DNA from: Narcine bancroftii
Lineage: Eukaryota
Direction of reading: 5' to 3'
NCBI RefSeq assembly: GCF_036971445.1
Contig: NC_091479.1
Coordinates: 74,276,001-74,340,000 of the forward strand
Length of the DNA stretch: 64,000 bases
The notes beneath the pieces are model-generated. The model searched no databases. It was not told where the DNA came from and worked only from the letters and a program-made list of their open reading frames with translations. Of this stretch, positions 51,201 to 62,624 are shown in pieces. The position numbers and the translations under genes are program-made. Each line of letters opens with the position of its first letter. Position 1 is the stretch's first letter.

Positions 51201-53609
51201 CTCTCCGTCTCCCTCTCTCCGTCTCCTCTCTCCGTCTCCCTCTCTCCGTCTCCCTCTCTCCGTCTCCCTCTCTCCGTCTCCTCTCTCGTCTCCCTCTCTC
51301 CGTCTCCTCTCTCCGTCTCCCTCTCTCCGTCTCCCTCTCTCCGTCTCCCTCTCTCCGTCTCCCTCTCTCCGTCTCCCTCTCTCCGTCTCCCTCTCTCCGT
51401 CTCCCTCTCTCCGTCTCCCTCTCTCCGTCTCCCTCTCTCCGTCTCCCTCTCTCCGTCTCCCTCTCTCCGTCTCCCTCTCTCCGTCTCCCTCTCTCCGTCT
51501 CCCTCTCTCCGTCTCCCTCTCTCCGTCTCCCTCTCTCCGTCTCCCTCTCTCCGTCTCCCTCTCTCCGTCTCCCTCTCTCTCTCGCTCCTCTCTCCGTCTC
51601 CCTCTCTCCGTCTCCCTCTCTCCGTCTCCCTCTCTCCGTCTCCCTTCTCCGTCTCCCTCTCTCCGTCTCCCTCTCTCCGTCTCCCTCTCTCCGTCTCCCT
51701 CTCTCCGTCTCCCTCTCTCCGTCTCCCTCTCTCCGTCTCCCTCTCTCCGTCTCCCTCTCTCCGTCTCCCTCTCTCCGTCTCCCTCTCTCCGTCTCCCTCT
51801 CTCCGTCTCCCTCTCTCCGTCTCCCTCTCTCCGTCTCCCTCTCTCCGTCTCCCTCTCTCCGTCTCCTCTCTCCGTCTCCCTCTCTCCGTCTCCCTCTCTC
51901 CGTCTCCTCTCTCCGTCTCCCTCTCTCCGTCTCCCTCTCTCGTCTCCCTCTCTCCGTCTCCCTCTCTCCGTCTCCCTCTCTCCGTCTCCCTCTCTCCGTC
52001 TCCCTCTCTCCGTCTCCCTCTCTCGTCTCCCTCTCTCCGTCTCCCTCCCGTCTCTTCCGTCTCCCTCTCTCCGTCTCCCTCTCTCCGTCTCCCTCTCTCC
52101 GTCTCCCTCTCTCCGTCTCCCTCTCTCCGTCTCCCTCTCTCCGTCTCCCTCTCTCCGTCTCCCTCTCTCCGTCTCCCTCTCTCCGTCTCCCTCTCTCCGT
52201 CTCCCTCTCTCCGTCTCCCTCTCTCCGTCTCCCTCTCTCCTCTCCCTCTCTCCGTCTCCCTCTCATCCGTCTCCCTCTCTCCGTCTCCCTCTCTCCGTCT
52301 CCCTCTCTCCGTCTCCCTCTCTCCGTCTCCCTCTCTCCGTCTCCCTCTCTCCGTCTCCCTCTCTCCGTCTCCCTCTCTCCGTCTCCCTCTCTCCGTCTCC
52401 CTCTCTCCGTCTCCCTCTCTCCGTCTCCCTCTCTCCGTCTCCCTCTCTCCGTCTCCCTCTCTCCGTCTCCCTCTCTCCGTCTCCCTCTCTCCGTCTCCCT
52501 CTCTCCGTCTCCCTCTCTCCGTCTCCCTCTCTCCGTCTCCCTCTCTCCGTCTCCCTCTCTCCGTCTCCCTCTCTCCGTCTCCCTCTCTCCGTCTCCCTCT
52601 CTCCGTCTCCCTCTCTCCGTCTCCCTCTCTCCGTCTCCCTCTCTCCGTCTCCCTCTCTCCGTCTCCCTCTCTCCGTCTCCCTCTCCCTCCCCTCTCTCCG
52701 TCACCCTCTCTCCGTCTCCCTCTCTCCGTCTCCCTCTCTCCGTCTCCCCTCTCTCCGTCTCCCTCTCTCCGTCTCCCTCTCTCCGTCTCCCTCTCTCCGT
52801 CTCCCTCTCTCCGTCTCCCTCTCTCCGTCTCCCTCTCTCCGTCTCCCTCTCTCCGTCTCCCTCTCTCCGTCTCCCTCTCTCCGTCTCCCTCTCTCCGTCT
52901 CCCTCTCTCCGTCTCCCTCTCTCCGTCTCCCCTCTCTCCGTCTCCCTCTCTCCGTCTCCCTCTCTCCGTCTCCCTCTCTCCGTCTCCTCTCTCCGTCTCC
53001 CTCTCTCCGTCTCCCTCTCTCCGTCTCCCTCTCTCCGTCTCCCTCTCTCCGTCTCCCTCTCTCCGTCTCCCTCTCTCCGTCTCCCTCTCTCCGTCTCCCT
53101 CTCTCCGTCTCCCTCTCTCCGTCTCCCTCTCTCCGTCTCCCTCTCTCCGTCTCCCTCTCTCCGTCTCCCTCTCTCCGTCTCCCTCTCTCCGTCTCCCTCT
53201 CTCCGTCTCCCTCTCTCCGTCTCCCTCTCTCCGTCTCCCTCTCTCCGTCTCCCTCTCTCCGTCTCCCTCTCTCTCCGTCTCCCTCTCTCCGTCTCCCTCT
53301 CTCCGTCTCCCTCTCTCCGTCTCCCTCTCTCCGTCTCCCTCTCTCCGTCTCCCTCTCTCCGTCTCCCTCTCTCCGTCTCCCTCTCTCGTCTCCCTCTCTC
53401 CGTCTCCCTCTCTCCGCTCCTCTCTCCGTCTCCTCTCTCCGTCTCCCTCTCTCCGTCTCCCTCTCTCCGTCTCCCTCTCTCCGTCTCCCTCTCTCCGTCT
53501 CCCTCTCTCCGTCTCCCTCTCTCCGTCTCCCTCTCTCCGTCTCCCTCTCTCCGTCTCCCTCTCCTCCGTCTCCCTCTCTCCGTCTCCCTCTCTCCGTCTC
53601 CCTCTCTCC
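48238..53609. repeat. 5.4-kb tandem array of the 14-bp unit GTCTCCCTCTCTCC (~380 copies)
   Basis: Read directly; runs into the N gap. Confidence 0.98.
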
Positions 53610-53610
53610 A

Positions 53611-53810
53611 NNNNNNNNNNNNNNNNNNNNNNNNNNNNNNNNNNNNNNNNNNNNNNNNNNNNNNNNNNNNNNNNNNNNNNNNNNNNNNNNNNNNNNNNNN
53701 NNNNNNNNNNNNNNNNNNNNNNNNNNNNNNNNNNNNNNNNNNNNNNNNNNNNNNNNNNNNNNNNNNNNNNNNNNNNNNNNNNNNNNNNNNNNNNNNNNNN
53801 NNNNNNNNNN
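53611..53810. other. Assembly gap (200 N)
   Basis: Run of N; the round length suggests a placeholder of unknown true size. Confidence 0.99.
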
Positions 53811-53944
53811 TTAGGACTAGGGTTAACCATTAAACATTTCACTTATGCACTTAAGAAATTTTCTCAAAATGTGAACTGAATTCCAAACTCAAAACATCAA
53901 TCTTCATAATATGTCAAAACTTAATAATGAAAGGAATGAGCGAT

Positions 53945-54870
53945 CTCTGCGGAAGGTGGAGAAGGGAGAAGATAGGGAGGTGTGTCTGGTGGTGGGATTC
54001 TTTCACCCTGACCTCATATTCACTTGGTCTATTTCTGGCAACTCTCCCCTTTATCGATCTCTCTGTCTCCATCTCAGGAAAGAAACTTTCTACAGACATT
54101 TTCTATCAACCCATAAACTCCTACAATTACCTCGATTATACCTCTTCGCACCCTGTCAGGATTTTATTCCTTTCTCTCAATTCATCCATCTCCGAGACAT
54201 TTGCTCCCAGGATGAGGTCTTCCATTCCAGATCATCTGAGATGTCCTCCTTCAAAAAATGTTTCCCCTCTACCACCATCAATTCACCCTTTTTTCCCACA
54301 CACGTGCCACCTTAAGTAATCCCTTACTAATCACAGAGAACCTATGTCGTAGATGCAACAAGGATAAGATTCCCCTTGTCCTCACCTATTACCCTACCAG
54401 CCTCCACATTCCAACATATTAACCTCTGCAATTTCCATCATCTACAACATGATGCCACCAACAGTCACATCCTCCCTCCTCCACCTTCCACAGGGACTGC
54501 TTCCTCTGTGACTCCCTCATCCACTTATTGTCAGTCTATCAGGCTATAGCAGTATCTTGGGAGGGGGAGTGGTTTAGCGAGCCAGAGAAGTTGATGTTAA
54601 TGCCATCCAGTTTAAGGGAGCCCAAATGGAAGATGAGGTGTTGTTCCTCTAATTTGCAAGTGGAGTCTGGCAGTGCATGAGACCATGGACAGACATGTGA
54701 GCAAGGGAATGGGATAAGAAATTGAAATGGGTACCACTGGAAGATCAACACTATTGCAGTGGACAGAGCAATCTCCCAGTCTGCACCTAGCCTCTCTGAT
54801 GTAGAGGAGACCACATCGGGAGCATCGGATGCAGTAGATGACACCTGCAAATTCACAAGTGAAGTGTTGT
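53945..54870. mobile_element. Penelope-like element fragments in opposite orientations
   Basis: Plus strand: IPFSQFIHLRDICSQDEVFHSRSSEMSSF and IPLVLTYYP; minus strand: CKLEEQHLIFHLGSLKLDGINI (GIY-YIG C-terminus-like). Confidence 0.75.
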
Positions 54871-54882
54871 GTTATTGACCAT

Positions 54883-55124
54883 TGTAGACCTCGTCGAAAG
54901 AACCAAAGACTTGTTGATCCAAACCAAGGCTTTTATTAGTAAAAGACAGGAGCTCTTCACAGGTGGCCGACCAGTCCGGAATGATCCGACCTGGCTAGGG
55001 ACACAACCCTTTAAGGCCCAGACAGTAGGTGTGGCTAAGCTCTCAGCCAATCGCGGTAAGGACAGTCATTACATACTCTAGATACTGTAACTATATACAT
55101 TGGTGATAGGTCTGTACTATCACA
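54883..55124 (-). mobile_element. Short solo LTR (242 bp)
   Basis: TGTAG...ATCACA termini; flanks accat/atcat (5-bp TSD, 1 mismatch); AATAAA on the minus strand near 54932. Confidence 0.6.
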
Positions 55125-55173
55125 ATCATGGACTGATCTTTTGGACTGTGGATTGTTATCATAATGGATGGAA

Positions 55174-55282
55174 TTCTGAGGAACCAGATGGTGATTATAT
55201 TCTACTGAATTCCAGCTCCATAACCATTTGCAAAATGACTTAAGTAATCAGAAAAATGTCAGCGATAAAGGAATGACCCACA
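55174..55282 (+). repeat. 109-bp direct duplication (second copy 56245-56353)
   Basis: ttctgaggaaccagatgg...ggaatgacccaca, identical by eye. Confidence 0.9.
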
Positions 55283-55797
55283 CTCTGTGTGACTTGTGGT
55301 GCAACTGGGTTAAGCCATGCAGACAGAGAGGAAATGGAACATTCAGAACGGCAGTTGGAGTAGTGGAGACCAAGATAATGAAGGGTTTGAAACCACAATT
55401 TGAGAACCAAGGGAAGTCCTTGAGCTCAGGCTCAAAACGTAAACAGTATACCCCTTTATCTTCAAGATTGCTGTAAGACCATCTTAGATACCCACGTTCA
55501 GTAATTTTCAATTTGTTTCTTTGCTTGGAAAAAAGCTGGGCAACTGCACTGAAGTCTCACTCTACTAAATATGATGTTGCGAAGGAAGAAAATACGCTAA
55601 GTTTTTGTCTGCTTTATCAGAGTGCTTTTATTATAATCACAGCATCTGTGGACTCCTGTTTCTCTCCTTAACTATGAACAACAGGACCAAGAGAGGAGAG
55701 TTGTTTATGGTTCTTACAACAGGGATCTATTTAATTTCTGACTGAATGCTGATATTTGATAAATTGCAAATATAATACAAATTAAAACATTTTTCAG

Positions 55798-55908
55798 AGC
55801 TTGGAACCCCTCCCAGTGGCGGAACCAAATTTATCACCTCCATTGAATGACGCAGAAACGGTTGAAGTGGAGCCTGAAACCAAACAGGAGATTCTGGGGA
55901 ATAAACAG
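55798..55908 (+). CDS. SAMM50: SAMM50 (mitochondrial sorting and assembly machinery component 50) exon 2 (111 nt)
   Basis: ttttcag|SLEPLPVAEPNLSPPLNDAETVEVEPETKQEILGNKQ|gtgatt. Confidence 0.93.
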
Positions 55909-55939
55909 GTGATTATTTACTGGATATTTTTAAGTTGCC

Positions 55940-56205
55940 ATTTGAGATAAAAACTAGAAGACATGGGTTAAGGGTGAAAGAGGAAAAGTTTAAAGGGAAC
56001 ATTAGGGGGAACTTGGAATGAGCTTCCAGCTGAATTGGTAAATGCTGGCCCAATTTTGACATTTAAGAAAAGAATAGACAAATACATAGACAGGAGGGGT
56101 ATAGAGGTACATGGTCAGGTGCAGGTCAGTGGGACTAGGCAAAAAAATAGTTTGGCACAGACTAGAAGGACCTAATGGCTCTTCTTGTGAAGTTTTATGG
56201 TTCAA
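55940..56205 (+). mobile_element. CR1-type LINE 3' end
   Basis: aaaactagaagacatgggttaagggtgaaag...gtgcaggtcagtgggactagg. Confidence 0.75.
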
Positions 56206-56389
56206 AGTTCGTGAATGAGATTTTTTTTGAGTCATTTTGTCATCTTCTGAGGAACCAGATGGTGATTATATTCTACTGAATTCCAGCTCCATAACCATTT
56301 GCAAAATGACTTAAGTAATCAGAAAAATGTCAGCGATAAAGGAATGACCCACATGAAAATTTCTCTTTTCTCTCTGATTCTCCTTTCAG

Positions 56390-56491
56390 GTGATTGTTCA
56401 GCACGTGCACATTGATGGAATCAGCAGGACGAAAGATGACTTTTTAGTACATGAAATAGCTGATGTATTCAAAGCTAAAAACCTAATTGAA
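56390..56491 (+). CDS. SAMM50: SAMM50 exon 3 (102 nt)
   Basis: tttcag|[34 protein letters not shown]|gtaagt (POTRA domain). Confidence 0.96.
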
Positions 56492-56559
56492 GTAAGTATT
56501 TTAAGCAAGTTCTGAATTTTATTGCATAACATTCCAGAAATAACTTAGTATATGTGAAC

Positions 56560-56875
56560 TTAGAAGTTTAAGGTTTGATTTGACTGACATTTTCACTATG
56601 AGAAACATAGAATAGGTAGAAGAAGCTTTAATTTCTTTTGGTTGCTGCATCTAGGGCTAGGAGATTACGTATAATTAGGAGGGACAGTCTTTGTGTCATA
56701 ATGATGGATTTAAGGTGAGGGAAGAGAGATTTAATCGGTATATGAGGGGTAATATTTTTCACACAAAAGGTGGCAGTGTATGGACCAGGCTGCAGGAAGA
56801 AGGAGTAGTTGAAGCACGTACTATTGCAACATTTAAGAAAAATTTGGATGGATATATAGATAGAATAGGTTTAGA
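56560..56875 (+). mobile_element. CR1-type LINE 3' fragment
   Basis: GFKVREERFNRYMRGNIF...ATFKKNLDGYIDR. Confidence 0.7.
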
Positions 56876-57059
56876 GCAGGCTGCCACCCCCTTGGCTCCC
56901 AGCTCACATCTCTAGTGTTCCCCCAACAATCCCCCCTCCCCCTCCCCCACCCCAACCCCACACACATACAATGAACACACACCTTTCTTGGTATTAGGAC
57001 TACTGCAAATTTAAAACAACAACTAATCTAACACTATAAACAACTGTATGTATTTCACA

Positions 57060-57480
57060 AATAAAACTTATAGTAAGCCAATTTACCTGTAACTACATTG
57101 TCTTCACCGTTTTAGTGGGATGAATGTGCTTGCTGCAGGGATATCAGCTTCTCAATATCAGGCAGGAAGGCACTAAGAGGTCTTAGATACCCACGTTCAG
57201 TAATTTTCAATTTGTTTCTTTGCTTGGAAAGAAGATGGGCAACTGCACTGAAGTCTCACTCTGATGTTGCGAAGGAAGAAAATACACTAAGTTTTTGTCT
57301 GCTTTATCAGAGTGCATTTTCTTCAGATGTTCAAGAAGCTGGGAAGGTTTCATGGCTTCATTTGAAAAGACTCTTTCACATGGTTGGCACATGGGTTGCT
57401 GATACAAATCCACCATTCAGATATTCCACACTTTATTGCCTACTTCTTTATTGTTTCCTGTACTGCAGCCATATTTTATT
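57060..57480 (-). mobile_element. Internally deleted hAT (Buster/Charlie-like) transposase remnant
   Basis: BED-finger-like QPMCQPCERVFSNEAMKPSQLLEHLKKMHSDK lies within ~150 bp of C-terminal ITERGYLR and FLPDIEKLISLQQAHSSH*. Confidence 0.75.
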
Positions 57481-57627
57481 CTGCAACAAAAAAAAGTTAT
57501 TTTTGAAAATCATGCCAATCTCCACAAAATGCAGCAGAAAAAAACATAAGGAAATATAATTGGAAAGCAATTACTAGGAAAAGTACATGTGAAAAGTACG
57601 AATGTGAAACAAAAAAAATCAAATACT

Positions 57628-57738
57628 TAAGAACTACTTAACATTAGAAGTTACAGTTAGATGTAAATACATAATGAAAATGACATAAGAACCACTTAAC
57701 ATTAGAAGTTACAGATAGATGTAAATAAATAATGAAAA
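57628..57738. repeat. Tandem duplication, ~58-bp unit x2
   Basis: taagaac(t/c)acttaacattagaagttacag(t/a)tagatgtaaata(c/a)ataatgaaaa occurs twice. Confidence 0.9.
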
Positions 57739-58107
57739 CTACAATGTGCAGCTAGTGACACAACATAGCCTATATATGTAGAACATGCATATGTGTATTC
57801 ATGAAATATACTGGTAAGTTAATGCTGCCTGATGTTACATAAATATAAATAAATGAATATATCGGGTACCGCTACAGAGGAAAATGACAAATCATAGCAA
57901 AACACAGTGGAAAAACATAAGGAAATATTGTGGGATCCCCATCATATTTTTATTATGTCATAATTTAAATGTACATTACAAGACTGAAGATTATTTCCAA
58001 TGCTTACAAACCTAAAGCCTTGGCCCTGTAGTTTTACTACAGTTCAGATTTGGTTAATTAATGGGTTTTCACAAAATAACAGTGGATATTTTTTTCCCTT
58101 TCAACAG

Positions 58108-58195
58108 GTGATGAAGAAATCTCATGAAGCCCGTGAGCGGTTGCTTCATTTGGGAATATTTAGAAATGTTGAAGTCCTCATTGACACTGCCCAGG
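58108..58195 (+). CDS. SAMM50: SAMM50 exon 4 (88 nt)
   Basis: caacag|[29 protein letters not shown](G)|gtaact. Confidence 0.96.
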
Positions 58196-58282
58196 GTAAC
58201 TTTGACAATATTTTTGTTCTTGCTTCTGTAATCTAGTGGCTGTTGGGTACTTGGATGTCAGCACAGCTAAATACCATTCCCA

Positions 58283-59135
58283 ATAGAACATAGTACAGCA
58301 CAGGAACAGGCCTTCAGCCCATCAATTGTGCAGTGAACATGATGCTAAATTAAACTAAATCTCTCCTGCTTACACATAATTCATACCCCTCCATTCCCTG
58401 AATATTTATGTGTCTTATCTAGAAGCCTCTTAAGCAGTACTATCCTATATCCTTCCACTAGTATCCCTGGCAGCCTATTCCAGTCACCAACCATTATGTT
58501 TTTCAAAAATAAAATTTGCCTGCATATCGCCTTTAAAATTTTGCTATCTCATCTTAAATGTTTGCCCTCGATTATTTGACATTTTTACCTTGGGAAAAAA
58601 AACATTTCTGACATCTAACCTATCAATGCCTCATCATTTCATAAATTTCCATCAGGTGTCCTCTCAGCTTCTGATGCTCCAAGAAAAATCACCCATGTTT
58701 GTCCAACCTTTTGTAACAATTCTTCCCCTCTAATCCGGACATTATCCTGTAAACCTCTTTTGTAGCCTTTCCAAAGATTCCACGTCCTTTCTGTAATGGA
58801 GTGACCAGAAATGCACATTATTATCCCCAGTGTGGTCAAGCAAAAGTTTTATATAGCTGCAATATGACTTCCTTACTGTTGTACTCATTGCCCTAACCAA
58901 TATAGGGCAATAAAAGTTTTCTTTACCATTGTATCAATTTTTGGCCACATTCAGGAACCTGTGGACTTGGAACCCCAGATTCCTCTGTTCATCAGTACTG
59001 AATCCAGCTATTAAGTCAGTACTTTCCCCTTATATTTGACTTTTTTACCTCACACTTGTTCACACCTGTAGCTGATCTACATCTTTTGTGTTGTCCTTTG
59101 CCCTCTACAATACCCATAACTCCAACAATCTTTGT
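58283..59135 (-). mobile_element. Degenerate CR1-type LINE 3' part
   Basis: atagaacatagtacagcacaggaacaggccttcagccc tail; gtgaccagaaatgcaca. Confidence 0.75.
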
Positions 59136-59736
59136 ATGGGTGATGTAATATATTCCGTCCACAGGAACTTTATCAGCAAGCAATATGGTTCTCTAGTGCA
59201 TTCTGACATAATGCGAGCTTTTTTTTCCCATACATAGCAGGATCATTCCATTGTTCATGTTGATGGTGGAGGTGGGAAGGAGATAGGCTTTTAAATGGAA
59301 AGGGAAATTGATGATGTTAAACATCCAAGTCTGTACTCATACATATTGCAGCCTGCCAGAAAGACCTCACAGCAGAATGTGTTCTCTTTCTTGGCTGGCT
59401 CACGGGGAATGATACAGACTGATAAGTTAAAATGAGACAAAAGAGTTAACACTGTTAGGACAAGTTGATCTATGTCTAAATTTTGCTGTGATTTTAAAAG
59501 TAATTCCCATCTTGGCCAATTTTTAAAAAAACATTGGCTCACCAATGTTACATAATATTTTGTTTTTTGCAGGATTAATAATTATTACATACTTATAACT
59601 TTTTACAGACCAGCATTCAGAAAATCAGATTTTTTAAAAGATTCTCTTTAACTTGTTCTGCCTTTACAAAGACCTGTGAATAGATGACTAATGCTTTGTC
59701 TTTCGAATTTCTTGATGAATATTGTTGGTTTCAAAG

Positions 59737-59843
59737 GTGAAGAGGCATTGGCTGATGGATTGGATGTAATCTTTGAGGTGAAGGAAATGAGACGCTTAAC
59801 TGGGAGCTACAACACTATGGTTGGGAATAATGAAGGAAGTATG
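59737..59843 (+). CDS. SAMM50: SAMM50 exon 5 (107 nt)
   Basis: tcaaag|(G)[35 protein letters not shown]|gtaaga. Confidence 0.97.
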
Positions 59844-59937
59844 GTAAGATGACCTCCATTTCAAAGTACTAACTATAGCAAGAGCTATAATTGTTCCCAG
59901 TAGATTTGTTAAAAGTAATTTTTTTTCCCCCTGATAG

Positions 59938-60068
59938 GTTTTGGGTTTGAAGCTGCCTAATCTGTTTGGTCGAGCAGAAAAGATAACTTTCCAGTTTTCA
60001 TATGGAACAAAGGAGACCTCCTATGGCATTTCGTACTTTAAACCAGAGCCTGGCAACTTTGACAAGAA
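59938..60068 (+). CDS. SAMM50: SAMM50 exon 6 (131 nt)
   Basis: gatag|[43 protein letters not shown](N)|gtaatg; preceded by a 94-nt intron. Confidence 0.97.
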
Positions 60069-61412
60069 GTAATGCAGTTAGACGTTTCTTTTCTGCTTTT
60101 CCTTTTGTGAAAAACTGCTTTTTCAGGTTTTTCGTTCATGTCGACTGTGGGGTAGGGTTTGGAATGAGCAGGAAAAAAAGAAAGGATTTGAGCTTTTTTT
60201 AAAAAAAAATGTTTGGAGCAGTACAGGGCAAATGATGAGCAGTGGACTGTTACTTTTTTTTTGCAGATAATATGTTATTTGTTTAAAGAGTGTAAAGTAA
60301 CTGAACCTTAATAGAAGTAGAGCACTTTTGACAGAAAGTGCAGTGTGTAGGATATTTACATGAAATGAAGTATAGAAAATCTTTGCTTAAAATATCTGTT
60401 GCGACATTATTGTCTTTATGCTTGATTGGCAGAAGAATTACTTCATCATACACAACCTTGCTGTGTCATTACACGAAACAGTCGTTGATATGTGTTTCTG
60501 AGGGCCTTTCATCAGCATGCATCACTTCCTCAATTTCATTTTGGAGAGAATATGAAATTATAGAATGTAAATCTTAGAAATATTATAATTTTGGGACCAA
60601 TATTTTCAGTTGCAGAAGTTCAAAAGCCTCAGGAATTTTGGATAAGTGCAGATGTGCACTTAAAAGTTCAAAATGAAGAAGTTGCTGTTGAAAAGGGGCA
60701 GTACCATTGTTACCTTTGCTAAGAAATTGTCTGGATTGTTTTCCCCTTCTCATTCAAATGCATTGAGCAGCAAGAAATTCACAGATTAAAGTAAATTGGC
60801 ATGAGAAAGTTGGGTTTGGTAAAAGTATCTATTACAACACATTGGTAAATTGCGGCCAATTAATCTGTCCAGCATGGAAAATTACTTAGAGCAAATGTGT
60901 GTTATTCTTTCAGATTTCAATTATTGATTATTTGGAACACAGTTTATGCTCCCCTTGCAGAAACAATAACTAGAAAGAAACTTGCCACTGACACAGGAGT
61001 CTGTGATCTTGGCTTAGATGACTCAGTTATTTATCAGTTGAAGCCAGTGAGTTTTCAAAACTTCCTTTAATGAAATGAATATCAAATCGATTCCTTGCAA
61101 TTGCCTGTCTGTATCATCTCGTTGTTAATCTAGTGTGACACAAGATTTAATTTGTACTTTTTCTTGGTAAGTTTAGCAGTATGCTTTATTTCATGCACAA
61201 TTTGTATACTTAGCATTGCAAGTGCAATATTGGGTTTTCATCAATAGAACTACTGTTGGTAGTATTGTTTAGCTGTTAACGTGTTTGTATTTGTATCCAT
61301 TGATCTACATGAGCAGAGGTTATTTTTAATTGTGCCTGCTTAAAAATAAGCAAATAGCTCATGATGTAAATGAAAAGTGAATCATCAATTGAAATGTACA
61401 CTTCTTCTTCAG

Positions 61413-61500
61413 TTATTCTGTTAACTTGTATAAGGTGACTGGGCAGTTTCCCTGGAGTTCACTTCGTGAGACTGATAGAGGGATCTCAACAGAATACAAT
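61413..61500 (+). CDS. SAMM50: SAMM50 exon 7 (88 nt)
   Basis: cttcag|(N)[29 protein letters not shown]|gtaagg. Confidence 0.97.
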
Positions 61501-61609
61501 GTAAGGGTGAAACATTAATTTGTTCATAAATTTGAGACAAGTTACTTGACTAAGTGAAAACACTACTTTGTAAGAAAGCATGCTTTTTGTTAAGAGCACA
61601 TAATCAGTC

Positions 61610-61983
61610 CAGTGGTTTTCAAACATTTTCCTTCCACTCACATATCACTTTAAATAATCCCTATGGTGTAGGTCTCTGTCATTAGTAAGGGATTACTTAA
61701 AGTGGTATGTGGATGGAAAGAAAAAGTTGGAAAACCACTGTTTTAATGGTACCTAATTGACTTGTTATGTGCACAGTTTCATAACTCCAAAGGAAATGGG
61801 CCAATGACAATTTTTCTCAAGCAAAATATTTCAGTAACAATTGGGTCTAGAGCAGTGATTCTCAACCTTCCCTTCCCACTCACATCCCACCTTAAGCAAT
61901 CCTTTACTAATCACAGAGCACCTATGGCATAGGGATAAGTGAAAGTGGTATGTGAGTGGAAAGAAAATGTTTGAAAACCACTG
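61610..61983. mobile_element. Palindromic composite hAT-type MITE (second copy)
   Basis: CAGTGGTTTTCAAAC...GTTTGAAAACCACTG; collinear with 46715-47072. Confidence 0.85.
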
Positions 61984-62039
61984 ATCTTCAAATGAGAGGT
62001 AGAGTGAACCATTAAGTATCATTCTTTTTTAAAAACAAA

Positions 62040-62265
62040 ATTTAGACATACAGCATGGTAACATGCCGTTTTGGCCCTCTAGCCTGTGCCGCCCAATTAC
62101 ACCCAATTGACTTACAAAAAACCCCGCATACATTTTGATCGGAGGGAGGAAACCCATGCAGACACGGATAACATACAAAGTCCTTACAGACAGCGCAGGA
62201 TTCAAACCCATGTCCCAGTCCTTGCACTGAAACCGCATTACGTTCACCACTATGCTAACTGTTCC
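62040..62265 (-). mobile_element. tRNA-derived SINE
   Basis: tttagacatacagcatggtaaca...acagacagcgcaggattcaaaccc. Confidence 0.75.
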
Positions 62266-62495
62266 GTCCACTTTCATTCTTATTTTGAGCTGTGTGAAGA
62301 TAGGCTGATTGTTTAGCTTTTTTCCAGTCACATCAAACACCAGTTTTTAAACATTATACCACTATTTGGGCAAATGGAGAGGATTTTGAGAACCAATGCA
62401 ATGCAAAATAATTGTTCTGCTGGAGTTGTAAAATGCTGCAGTTATCGAGTGTTATATTAGTGCATTTATATAAACAATTGTCATTTTCCTCATAG

Positions 62496-62624
62496 TTTCC
62501 ACTATGGAAGACCCATCATACTCTAAAATGGGAAGGAGTATGGAGGGAGCTAGGCTCTCTGTCTCGCACAGCATCATTTTGTGTTCGGGAAGAAAGTGGA
62601 CATTCTCTCAAATCATCAATTTCG
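62496..62624 (+). CDS. SAMM50: SAMM50 exon 8 (129 nt)
   Basis: catag|[43 protein letters not shown]|gtaaat. Confidence 0.97.

Noticed and set aside
48238-53609. Possible CRISPR-like array
   Set aside because: Units are head-to-tail with no unique spacers, there are no cas genes, and the DNA is vertebrate
47950-53842. Four ORFs of 1584-1912 aa (ERETERGRRREGDG / SLSPSPSLRLPLSV repeats)
   Set aside because: Translations of the stop-free 14-bp tandem array, three of them running through Ns; no evidence of coding function
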